Source of the DNA: Deltaproteobacteria bacterium
GTDB taxonomy: Bacteria; Myxococcota_A; Polyangia; Polyangiales; Houyiibacteriaceae
Assembly: GCA_034670305.1 (NCBI GenBank)
Contig: JAXMNT010000021.1
Coordinates: 57,762-121,761, forward strand
DNA length: 64,000 nucleotides
Reading direction: 5' to 3'
The notes under the pieces were generated by a model, which had not been told where the DNA came from, searched no databases, and was given only the letters and a program-made list of their open reading frames with translations. The position numbers and the translations under genes are program-made. Positions 53,982-62,712 of the stretch are shown here, piece by piece (the first letter of the stretch is position 1; each line of letters starts with the position of its first letter).

Positions 53982-55579
53982 AGCGGAAGATCGTGTGGCT
54001 CGGGGCGCTGTGTCTGTGCGCGTCGACCGTGTTCGGCTCCGAACGGGTGCGGGCGTTCTGCGGCTTCTACGTCGCGGGTGGGAACGCGGAGCTCTTCGCG
54101 GACGCGTCGATGGTCGTGATGATGCGGAACGGCACCACCACGGTGCTGTCGATGCAGAACGACTACCGCGGGCCGCCCGAGAACTTCGCGCTCATCGTGC
54201 CGGTGCCGGAGGTGCTCGACGAGAGCCGCGTGCATACGCTGCCGCGCGAAGTCTTTGACCGCGTCGACCAGCTCGCTTCGCCGCGCCTCGTCGAGTACTG
54301 GGAGATGGACCCGTGCCAGTTCGAGCGGCCGACAGGGCAGTTCGACGACGAGGTCATGTACGAGAGCGGCGCGGTGCCCGAGCCGACGGCTGTCGCAGCG
54401 GACCTCGGTGTGACGGTGGAAGCGGAGTTCGCGGTCGGCGAGTACCAGATCGTGATCCTGTCGGCCGCCGATTCCTCCGGGCTCGAGACCTGGCTGCGTC
54501 AGGAGAACTACAACATTCCGGACGGCGCCGAAGCGCGCCTGCGACCCTACGTCGAAGCCGGCTCGAAGTTCTTCGTCGCCAAGGTCGATGTCTCCAAGGT
54601 CACCTTCGGGGAAGAAGGCGTGGCGCAGCTCTCGCCGCTCCGGGTGCACTACACGAGCGAAGCGTTCGAACTTCCGATCCGCCTCGGGCTCGTCAACGCG
54701 GCCGGCGCGCAGGATCTCATCGTGCACGTGCTCGCGCGCAACCAGCGTTTCGAGCTCGCCAACCGCCCGAACGTGACCATTCCGACCAACATCGACGTCG
54801 ACGACTCGGTGCGCGACCGGTTCGGACCGTTCTACGTCGCGCTCTTCGACGAGACGGTGCGCCGCAACCCCGGCGCGGTGGTGACGGAGTACGCGTGGCA
54901 AGCGACCAACTGCGACCCGTGCCCCGGGCCGGTCCTGTCGGTCGAAGATCTGACCCTGCTCGGGGGCGACGTGGTCGACGCCGCGGGGAGCAACGGGGAA
55001 CCGGTGAGGCGCCCGTCCGGCTGGGGCAACGACTTCGTGCTGACCCGTTTGCACGCGCGCTACGAAGCATCGGCGGTGGAAGACGACCTCGTCTTCCGTG
55101 CGGCGAACGCGATCGTCGGGGGCCGCGAGTTCAACCACGGACCGAACGGTCTCGAACACGGATCGCGCCCCGACACCGCGAACAACTTCCAGGGCCGGTA
55201 TGCGATCCGCCACGCCTGGGACAAACCGATCACGTGCGAGAACCCGGTGCGGGGCCGCTGGGGCGGACCCTGGGACAACGAGGCAGAGCCTCAGACCCGA
55301 GCCGCGGGCGACCTCGCCTACGCGGATCGCGACGCGGTGCAGTTGCCCGAAGCCGTGCGCTCGCGGGTGCCCGAACTCGAGCTCGCGGCGAGCGCGGCGT
55401 TCGCCGGCGCCGCGCCGACCAACGCACTCACGCAAGGCGAGGCCGACGACGACGCCGACCAGGCCGGTGCGACCGAAGAAGAAGACGACGGCTGTGGGTG
55501 CCGCACCACGCGCGGCTCGGACGCCTTGTGGCTCCTCGCCCTCGGCGCGGTGCTTCTCGCACGCCGCCGCCGGATCTGA
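53978..55579 (+). CDS. DUF2330 domain protein with MYXO-CTERM, tandem paralog
   Basis: ATGA overlap with the upstream stop; same motifs; tail GCGCRTT...LLARRRRI. Confidence 0.88.
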   Translation: MKRKIVWLGALCLCASTVFGSERVRAFCGFYVAGGNAELFADASMVVMMRNGTTTVLSMQNDYRGPPENFALIVPVPEVLDESRVHTLPREVFDRVDQLASPRLVEYWEMDPCQFERPTGQFDDEVMYESGAVPEPTAVAADLGVTVEAEFAVGEYQIVILSAADSSGLETWLRQENYNIPDGAEARLRPYVEAGSKFFVAKVDVSKVTFGEEGVAQLSPLRVHYTSEAFELPIRLGLVNAAGAQDLIVHVLARNQRFELANRPNVTIPTNIDVDDSVRDRFGPFYVALFDETVRRNPGAVVTEYAWQATNCDPCPGPVLSVEDLTLLGGDVVDAAGSNGEPVRRPSGWGNDFVLTRLHARYEASAVEDDLVFRAANAIVGGREFNHGPNGLEHGSRPDTANNFQGRYAIRHAWDKPITCENPVRGRWGGPWDNEAEPQTRAAGDLAYADRDAVQLPEAVRSRVPELELAASAAFAGAAPTNALTQGEADDDADQAGATEEEDDGCGCRTTRGSDALWLLALGAVLLARRRRI

Positions 55580-55580
55580 T

Positions 55581-55801
55581 CCCGCGCTTCGCATGAGTCA
55601 CGACAGCCGATGGTCACCAGGCTTCCTGCCACGTTCTTCTCGGTTCCTTGGGGAGCCTTGAAGAACGCCAGTCGAAACGCGCGACGCCTCTCGTGAGAGA
55701 TGCGGCACGCTCGCTCACTCGGTCGCCCGAGGCTGCTACCTTAGGCCCGTATAGTTACGGAAGGTGTGTACGCTGTTCGAAGTTGGGTCGCGAAGCGCGG
55801 G
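55581..55801. other. ~221-bp structured intergenic element with 12-bp terminal inverted repeats and an rRNA-like segment (candidate ncRNA or REPIN/MITE)
   Basis: CCCGCGCTTCGC at 55581-55592 and GCGAAGCGCGGG at 55790-55801; four internal hairpins; 55735-55760 matches 23S H69-H70 on the minus strand. Confidence 0.6.
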
Positions 55802-55831
55802 GCCGTGAAGGTGGGTCTGTCGAGAGCGCTG

Positions 55832-56572
55832 TCAACCGAAGCGCTCGAGAATCAGCCGCAGTAGCTCGACCACGCCGTCGGTGCCGGCGAGCGGGATCGC
55901 GTTCCAGCCCGCCGGCACATCGGGCCGTTCGTCGCTTGTGACGAAGTAGCCGCAGCCGTGTTCGGCCGCATACGCGATCGCCGGTCGGTCGGTGAGATCG
56001 TCGCCCACGAAGAGCACACGCTCAGCGCCCGTGCGCCGATGCAGATCGCGGAGCGCGTCGCCTTTGTCGCCGACGGTGAGCTCCGCTTCGAACACCGAAC
56101 GTCCGAGGCGCGCATGCAGCCCGAAGGTGCGCGCGACTTCGTCGGCTTGCGCCAGCAACGCGTCGCCGCCCTCCAGTCCGCGCACGTGCACCGCGACCGA
56201 GCTGGCTTTGCGCTCGAGTGTGCCGGCGGTGCCCGAGACCCACGCCGCGAACCCATCCAGGCGCGCTTGGTCCTCGGCGCTGTGCGCGGCGGGCGCGGCG
56301 GTCTCGCCGGGTGCGAACACCCGGCTGCCGTGCTCGACCGCGCGCCATGCGCCGGGCAGCTGGATCATCGTGTCGAGTGCGTTCGCGTCGCGGCCGGTCA
56401 CGAGTGCGACGGACACGTCCTCCAGTGCGACGAGCTTCCGCAGCAGCGCGGTGGTCTCGTCGGGCACGCGTGCGGCGGCCGGGTCCTTCACGATGGGCGC
56501 CAGCGTTCCGTCGACGTCGAGTCCGACCAGCAGCGGAAGGCGCAGGCGATCGAGGTTCGGTTCGCTCGGCAT
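55832..56572 (-). CDS. otsB: Trehalose-6-phosphate phosphatase
   Basis: HAD motifs DVDGTL, VTGR, DKG and GDDLTD; TGATG coupling to otsA. Confidence 0.92.
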   Translation of the reverse strand: MPSEPNLDRLRLPLLVGLDVDGTLAPIVKDPAAARVPDETTALLRKLVALEDVSVALVTGRDANALDTMIQLPGAWRAVEHGSRVFAPGETAAPAAHSAEDQARLDGFAAWVSGTAGTLERKASSVAVHVRGLEGGDALLAQADEVARTFGLHARLGRSVFEAELTVGDKGDALRDLHRRTGAERVLFVGDDLTDRPAIAYAAEHGCGYFVTSDERPDVPAGWNAIPLAGTDGVVELLRLILERFG

Positions 56573-57948
56573 CAGTCGTGTTCGAGCGTGGAGACGAAGT
56601 CGTCGGCCCACTGGTGGACGTCGAGCGCGCGGACCTCTTCGCGGAGCGTGCGCATGCGCTTCTTCTGTTCGCGTTTGGGCATGGCGAGCGCCCGCTCGAG
56701 CGCATCCGCGATCGCGTCCACGTCGTAGGGGTTCACCTGCAGGGCGTCGTCGAAGAAGTCGGCCGCGCCGGCGAACTCACTCAGCACCAGCACGCCGTCT
56801 TCGTTCACGCGGCTGATCACGTACTCGTGGGCGACCAGGTTCATGCCATCGCGCAGCGGCGTCACCAGCGCGACGTCGGCGGCGCGGTAGTGGGCGAAGA
56901 GCGCCCGCTGGTCGAAGTTCCGGTAGAAGTACTGGAGCGGCACGATGCCCGTGCTGGCGAAGCGTCCGTTGATGTCGCCGACGAGCATGTCGATCTCGTT
57001 CTTGAGCTCTTCGTACGCGCGCACGTCGGTCCGGCTCGGGACCATGATCTGGACGAACACGACTTCTTCGCGCGCCTTCTTGTGCCGTGCGAGAAACCGT
57101 TCGAACGCCCGCATGCGTTCGGGAATGCCCTTGGTGTAGTCGAGCCGATCCACCCCGAGCACGATGCGCCTTCCGACGAGCTGCTGGATGCGCGTGGCTT
57201 CCGCGCCGATGTCGTCGGCCTCGGCCAGCTCCAGAAGTTTGTCGACCGGCACGCCGATCGGCGCGGCCATCACCCGCACGGTGCGTTTGCCGACGCGGAC
57301 CGTGCCGCGCGTGCGGTCGACCTGGTGATCGGTGAAGCGGCCGACGCAGTCGAGAAAACAGTCGACGTAGGTCTTCGTGTGAAAGCCGAGCACGTCGGCG
57401 CCGAGCAACCCTTCGAGCAGGAGCTGCCGTTTGGGCAAGATGCCGAAGAGCTCCGCCGGCGGCCACGGCACGTGGCAGAACCAGCCGATGCGGGCGCGCG
57501 CGCGCTTCTTCCGGATCAGCCCGGGCACGAGCATCAGGTGGTAGTCGTGCACCCAGACGAGATCCCGGGTCTGGCTCGCTTCGAGCGTGACCTGGGCGAA
57601 GAGTTCGTTCGCCGCGATGTACGGCTCCCACGGCGCGTCCGACACGGGAATGGTCGTCGGAAAACTGTGCAGGAGCGGCCAGAGGATCGCGTTGCTGACC
57701 CCCATGTAGAAGGCGTCTTGCATCTTGCGGCCGATGCGCACCGATGCGAGGTCGTAGGCGACTTTGGGCTCGCCGACGACGGTCTCGAAGTCCTTGGCCT
57801 GCTTGGCACTGACCCAGACGCCGCCGCGTTGCACCAGCACCGGGTGGAGGGCGGCGACGAGGCCACCCGCGGAACGCACCCAGCGTCCGCCCTCCCGTCG
57901 AAACGGCCCGCGGTTCGAGACCACGACGACCTTGCGCGGTTTCGCCAT
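56572..57948 (-). CDS. otsA: Trehalose-6-phosphate synthase
   Basis: [25 protein letters not shown] and [12 protein letters not shown] motifs. Confidence 0.95.
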   Translation of the reverse strand: MAKPRKVVVVSNRGPFRREGGRWVRSAGGLVAALHPVLVQRGGVWVSAKQAKDFETVVGEPKVAYDLASVRIGRKMQDAFYMGVSNAILWPLLHSFPTTIPVSDAPWEPYIAANELFAQVTLEASQTRDLVWVHDYHLMLVPGLIRKKRARARIGWFCHVPWPPAELFGILPKRQLLLEGLLGADVLGFHTKTYVDCFLDCVGRFTDHQVDRTRGTVRVGKRTVRVMAAPIGVPVDKLLELAEADDIGAEATRIQQLVGRRIVLGVDRLDYTKGIPERMRAFERFLARHKKAREEVVFVQIMVPSRTDVRAYEELKNEIDMLVGDINGRFASTGIVPLQYFYRNFDQRALFAHYRAADVALVTPLRDGMNLVAHEYVISRVNEDGVLVLSEFAGAADFFDDALQVNPYDVDAIADALERALAMPKREQKKRMRTLREEVRALDVHQWADDFVSTLEHD

Positions 57949-58015
57949 GCGGCACCTCTACCACATGTTCTCGAGCAAGCCCGGCCGGTCCGGTCGTCGC
58001 CGCGTTCGCTTCGCC

Positions 58016-59716
58016 TCAGCGGAGCATGTTGAGGGCGTCGTTGATGTCGGGCAGGTCGGTGTGCCGCATCGTCGTCATCGTGGTCATCGTCGTCATCGTC
58101 GTCATCGTCGTGGGCATGGCGGTCACCGTTGGCTCCATGGTCGTCGGCGGCATCGCGACCACAGGGGGCGTCATGATCGTCGGCTCCATGACGGTCTCCG
58201 CAGGGACGGGCTCCCGCATGGTGATCGTCGGCTCCCGCATGGTGGTCGGCTCCGGCTGCGCCCTCCTGGTGTCGACCACCACCACGGGCTCCATCGTGGG
58301 CGTCTGGACTCGGGCACCACGCGACCGGCCGTGTCGGTCGCGAAGGAGCGTGAACTCCTTCGTGATCGAACCGTCGTCGAGGCGCAGGGTGGTTTCGTAC
58401 GACTCGTACCCCTCGAGTCGGGCCACGAGCCGATGCGGCTCCGCGTCGACCGGACGTTCGATGTCGAGCGGGTTGGAGACGATGTCTCCGTCGAGTTCGA
58501 TCTCCGCGCCCGCAGGCAAGACCCGGATCTGCACCCGCACGAGTTCGGCTGGCTCGACCGGGGGCGGCTCGGGTTCGGGCGGTGGCGCGGCGGCGACCGG
58601 CGCGGGTTCCGGCGTACGAACCGCGAGGTACACGCCGACCCCGAGCACCCCGAGCAGCAGGATCACCAGCACCCCGAGGAGTGCGTTCGACCCACCGCTG
58701 CGGGGCGGCGCCGTCATCGGATGGGGGGTCGGGAGCGCGGGCGCCCTCATCGGCCCTGAGGGCGTGGGCACCTCGCGCGGGGCGGTGGAGGCCATCGCCA
58801 CGTCGTCGGACGACGGCAAGGGGAAGGGGGCGGTCTCTTCGGGCACCACGCTCTCGAACGGTCGCAGCGCGGCCCCGAGCTCGGCGGCGCTTTGAAAACG
58901 ATCGGCCGGCTCCTTCTGAAGACAGCGCGCAACGATCGCGTAGACCTCGGGCGGCAAGCCCGGTCGAATCGGCTCGAGGGGCGGCGGCGGTTCGATGCAG
59001 ATCTTCACGACGAGGAGCGGAAACGACTCGTCGTCGAACGGGACCTTGCCCGCCAACGCTTCGTACAGGATCACGCCGAGGGCGTAGATGTCTGCGCGGT
59101 GGTCGACGTCGGACTTCCCCTGCGCCTGCTCCGGCGACATGTAGTAGGGCGTGCCCATCACCGTCCCGGTGCGGGTGAGTTTGCTCGGGCCCGCCGCCAC
59201 CTTCGAGATGCCGAAATCGAGCACCTTCACGAACAAGGGATCGCGTCCGCGTTTCGTGAGGTAGAGGTTGTCGGGTTTCAGGTCGCGGTGGACGATGCCC
59301 TTCTCGTGGGCGGCCTGGAGCGCGTCGCAGGCCTGGACGAGGATGTGCGCGACTTCGCCGAGCGCGCGCATCGGGTGTTCCGCGAGCAGATCGCCGAAGT
59401 CCTGACCGTCGAGGAACTCGAGCACCATGAACTCGGCCCCGTCCGGGAACCGCCCCATGTCGGTGCACTCGATGATGTTCGGATGTCCGATGGCCGAGGC
59501 CGCCTCGGCTTCACGTCGGAACCGGGCGACGACCTCTGCGTGGGTGGCGAGCTGCGCGTGCAGACACTTGATGGCGACGCGCTTGTGGATGAGCACGTGC
59601 TCCCCTTCGTAGACCGCACCCATCCCGCCTTCGCCGATCTTCCGAACGATGCGGTAGCGGTCCTGAAGGACCATGCCGATCCGGGGATCGACGGCGGGGG
59701 AACTCGCGGCACTCAC
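58016..59716 (-). CDS. Membrane Ser/Thr protein kinase with a PEGA-like domain and Thr/Met-rich tail
   Basis: GEGGMG, VAIK, HRDLKPDN, DFG and GTPYYMSPE motifs; TM helix; PAGAEIELDG; (TTM)n. Start approximate. Confidence 0.9.
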   Translation of the reverse strand: MSAASSPAVDPRIGMVLQDRYRIVRKIGEGGMGAVYEGEHVLIHKRVAIKCLHAQLATHAEVVARFRREAEAASAIGHPNIIECTDMGRFPDGAEFMVLEFLDGQDFGDLLAEHPMRALGEVAHILVQACDALQAAHEKGIVHRDLKPDNLYLTKRGRDPLFVKVLDFGISKVAAGPSKLTRTGTVMGTPYYMSPEQAQGKSDVDHRADIYALGVILYEALAGKVPFDDESFPLLVVKICIEPPPPLEPIRPGLPPEVYAIVARCLQKEPADRFQSAAELGAALRPFESVVPEETAPFPLPSSDDVAMASTAPREVPTPSGPMRAPALPTPHPMTAPPRSGGSNALLGVLVILLLGVLGVGVYLAVRTPEPAPVAAAPPPEPEPPPVEPAELVRVQIRVLPAGAEIELDGDIVSNPLDIERPVDAEPHRLVARLEGYESYETTLRLDDGSITKEFTLLRDRHGRSRGARVQTPTMEPVVVVDTRRAQPEPTTMREPTITMREPVPAETVMEPTIMTPPVVAMPPTTMEPTVTAMPTTMTTMTTMTTMTTMRHTDLPDINDALNMLR

Positions 59717-59842
59717 CGGAACAAGACCAAGGTAGGCGCTCACACCTTGGTGGGTCAACGCGCACTGCCGCCGTTCGCCGCCCCGCCGGTCTTCCTCCCG
59801 AAAGGTGCTGCCTTTTTCGACCGACGCGCGCAAAAAGACGCG

Positions 59843-61765
59843 TCACCCGTCGAGTGGGGGCAGGTCCAGCGTGCTGTACGGGTCGATGACTTCGGCGGCG
59901 CCGTCTTCCCAGTGCGTCCGCAGGAAATGGAACCAGGCTTCGTACGCCACGTCGCTGAAGCTGAAGTTCGCGTGGGTGGCGGCGGTGACCCCGCCGGACC
60001 CGTCCTCGATGCGATCGAACTGCTGGAGCGCGGCGGTCAGACCCCCGTCGAGGTTTCCGGAGAGCGGTGGGGCGGGCAAGAGCGTGAGCCCCTCCGCGTC
60101 GTCGATCTGCGGCGGCACGAGCCCGAGGCCCATCGCGCGCGCGAACGCCAGGTTGGCTTCGTTGGTCACGATGCCGTCGTCGACGACGATGTGCGCCAAG
60201 AGGTTCGGTGCCTCCCCGACGAACCGATCCTCGAGCACGTGTCCGGCGTAGCTGGCCGCGTCGCCTTGTTCGAGCAAGGTCTGGATCATGGGGAACGTGC
60301 GGGCCTCTCGGGCGGCGCTCCAGTGCGGGGGAATGAGACCCCGCCGGATGAGCGAGAACCCGCCCATCGGGTCGATGATCAGCTGGGTGTATCGGCCGCC
60401 GGGCATGCCGAAGACCGCGATCGGAAACGCGTCGGTGAGCGCGAGCAGCTCCGAGCCCATGATGCCGCCGAGCGACACTCCGATGTAGCCGAGCTTCGTG
60501 GTGTCGACGTCGAGTGTTCCGTCGTCGTCGAAGTCCGGGCCGAGCGCGAGCAGCCGCACCACATGCAATTTGTCGTAGGTCGACTGCCGAAAGTGATCGC
60601 GCGCGCGCAGCGCGTCGAACGAACGGGCATCGAGGTCCGCTGCCAGAAACAGCAGCGTCGCGTCGAGACCGCCCACGGGCGGATCGGGTTCGGTCGGATG
60701 CCCTGGGTGCAGCACCGCGCTGATCGCCACCGTCGCCACGCCTCGGCTGGCTGCGTCGGCCGCGAACGCGGCGCCGTGGTCGGTGGCGCTTGCGGTCAAT
60801 CCGTGACCGAACAACACGGTCGGGTAGGGCGCGCCCGCGCCGTCGTCGTCTGGCAGGTAGGCGTGCACCTCGAGCTGCCAGTCCGCGGTGGGCTCGGCGC
60901 CGCGCACCACGCCGTCCGCGTCCCGGAAGTCGTGCGCGTTCATCGGACCGCGGCAGTGCCGGGTGCCGGAACCGGCGTCGAGGGTGCAGCGCCACGAGAC
61001 CTCGAAGTCGGTGTCGGGCAAGCCGCGCACGTACGCCGCGATCTCCTGGGACCGAGCCGTCACGGTCTGCGTTGGGTACACGAGGAGCGCGACCAGATCG
61101 TCGGCCGACGCGATGATCTCCTGCGCGACGAGCGCGTCGATCGCGCGGGTGGTCTCCGGGGTGGGATCGGCCAGCGCGGATTGCAGGTGGGCGGACGGTT
61201 CCAGACATCCGCCGGCGGCTTCGGTGACCGAGCGGGTCACGTACGCCGCCGCCCACGCGCCTTCGACGAGTGGCCGCTGCGGGGTCAGGAGCAAGGTGCG
61301 GTTCAGATCGACGGTGGCGAGGGAGGCTTCGACGATCGAGGTCTCGGTCGAGAGCGTGACGAATCCGGCCGACGCGCGGTCGATCGCCGGCAGCAGCGCC
61401 GGGTCGAATCCGCGGGTGAACGTCACGAACGCCGCGGCGTTGATCCCGAACCCGTCGAGTTCGGATGCCTGTTCGGTGAACAGGGTCTCGTAGGCGTCGT
61501 AGTCGCCGAGCTCCGGGAACGCGTCGCGGGTGATGCCGAACCGGAAGCCGGTCGCGGTGGCTGGATCTTCGACGAGCATGTCGAGGTTCGGGAAGTTCGT
61601 CAGATCCCCAGCGCCCGGTGCAAAGGTCCACTCGCTGCAGCTCGGTCCGGCGTCGGGCGCGGCGTCGGACGGGCCGGCGTCCGCCGAGGTGTCGTCGTCC
61701 CCGCAGCCCAGCAGCCCGGAGGCGAGGATGCACAAGAGGATCGTAGGTCTGGAGGCGGCGCGCAT
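59843..61765 (-). CDS. Lipoprotein with an alpha/beta-hydrolase (lipase-like) domain
   Basis: Lipobox LLGC; PTVLFGHGL, GVSLGG, DDGIVTN and a late His (ATH). Confidence 0.82.
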   Translation of the reverse strand: MRAASRPTILLCILASGLLGCGDDDTSADAGPSDAAPDAGPSCSEWTFAPGAGDLTNFPNLDMLVEDPATATGFRFGITRDAFPELGDYDAYETLFTEQASELDGFGINAAAFVTFTRGFDPALLPAIDRASAGFVTLSTETSIVEASLATVDLNRTLLLTPQRPLVEGAWAAAYVTRSVTEAAGGCLEPSAHLQSALADPTPETTRAIDALVAQEIIASADDLVALLVYPTQTVTARSQEIAAYVRGLPDTDFEVSWRCTLDAGSGTRHCRGPMNAHDFRDADGVVRGAEPTADWQLEVHAYLPDDDGAGAPYPTVLFGHGLTASATDHGAAFAADAASRGVATVAISAVLHPGHPTEPDPPVGGLDATLLFLAADLDARSFDALRARDHFRQSTYDKLHVVRLLALGPDFDDDGTLDVDTTKLGYIGVSLGGIMGSELLALTDAFPIAVFGMPGGRYTQLIIDPMGGFSLIRRGLIPPHWSAAREARTFPMIQTLLEQGDAASYAGHVLEDRFVGEAPNLLAHIVVDDGIVTNEANLAFARAMGLGLVPPQIDDAEGLTLLPAPPLSGNLDGGLTAALQQFDRIEDGSGGVTAATHANFSFSDVAYEAWFHFLRTHWEDGAAEVIDPYSTLDLPPLDG

Positions 61766-61896
61766 CGCGCGACTCTAGCAGGCCTTGCAGCTCGTCCGGC
61801 GCGCGCGGCCAGTCCACCGCCGCGCTCCTTTGGGGACCCACGAGGAGCCCGATCTGTCACTGGCCGAGGACCACCTCTGGCCCTATCCTCCGCCCC

Positions 61897-62712
61897 ATGC
61901 GGAACATGCTTCTACTTGGGTGCGCGGTATCGATGTTGGGTTCGGCCTGCGGGGACGAGTCGGAGCCGGTCTCGTTCGACTTTGCGGCGGTTGTGAACGG
62001 GGCGAACTTCGTCTGCGGCGACACCTACACGGGCCTTGGCGCGAGCGGTTCGGATCTCACGCCGCGCGACTTCCGGATGTACGTGCACGACGTCCGCCTG
62101 GTGACGGCCGATGGCCGCGAGGTCGCCGTCGCGCTCGACGACGACGGCCGCTTCCAGAACGGCGAGGTCGTCTTGCTCGACTTCGAGAACGGCTGCGGCG
62201 ACATGGGCAACGCGGACCTGAACACGACCATCTCTGGCCGCGCACCCGCGGGCGACTACACCGGGTTGCGGTTTCGCATCGGGGTGCCCGACGAACTCAA
62301 CCACGCCGACCCGACCCTCGCGGACCCGCCCCTGAACCTGACGGCGATGTGGTGGAACTGGAACGGGGGCTACAAACACATTCGCCTCGACGCGGTGAGC
62401 TCCGCGTTCGATGGCTGGCGCCTTCACCTCGGCAGCACCGGCTGCGAGGGCGACATGATGGGCACCGCCACCTGCACGACCGCCAACCGGCCGGACATCC
62501 AGCTCAGCGGCGCCGACCCGCGCAACGCCACGGTGCAACTCGACCTCGCCGCGCTCGTCACGGGCTCGACGTTGATGAACACCGACGAGACCCCGCCGGG
62601 TTGCATGAGCGCGCCGATGGACATGGACTGCGCGCCGCTCTTCCGCGAGCTCGGCCTCGCGTTCGGCGGCGCGTCCGCCACGGAACAGAACGTCTTCTCG
62701 CTCGTGCCATGA
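61897..62712 (+). CDS. MbnP-family copper-binding protein (four-Cys 'metallo-mystery pair' protein)
   Basis: Lipobox SAC; DFRMYVHDV, LNHADP, MWWNWNGGYK (WxW) and HLGSTGC motifs. Confidence 0.88.
   Translation: MRNMLLLGCAVSMLGSACGDESEPVSFDFAAVVNGANFVCGDTYTGLGASGSDLTPRDFRMYVHDVRLVTADGREVAVALDDDGRFQNGEVVLLDFENGCGDMGNADLNTTISGRAPAGDYTGLRFRIGVPDELNHADPTLADPPLNLTAMWWNWNGGYKHIRLDAVSSAFDGWRLHLGSTGCEGDMMGTATCTTANRPDIQLSGADPRNATVQLDLAALVTGSTLMNTDETPPGCMSAPMDMDCAPLFRELGLAFGGASATEQNVFSLVP

Noticed and set aside
55628-55650. Minus-strand resemblance to the 16S 3' end (CAAGG-AACCG-AG..GAAC)
   Set aside because: Needs two gaps and several mismatches; indistinguishable from chance without a search.
55655-55680. 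Hammerhead-like TTGAAGA...CGAAAC
   Set aside because: The core deviates from CUGANGA and stems I-III cannot be built convincingly.
55735-55760. rRNA gene, or vector I-CeuI site contamination
   Set aside because: Similarity spans under 40 nt with no flanking rRNA; it differs from the canonical site by one indel and one substitution and is built into local hairpins.
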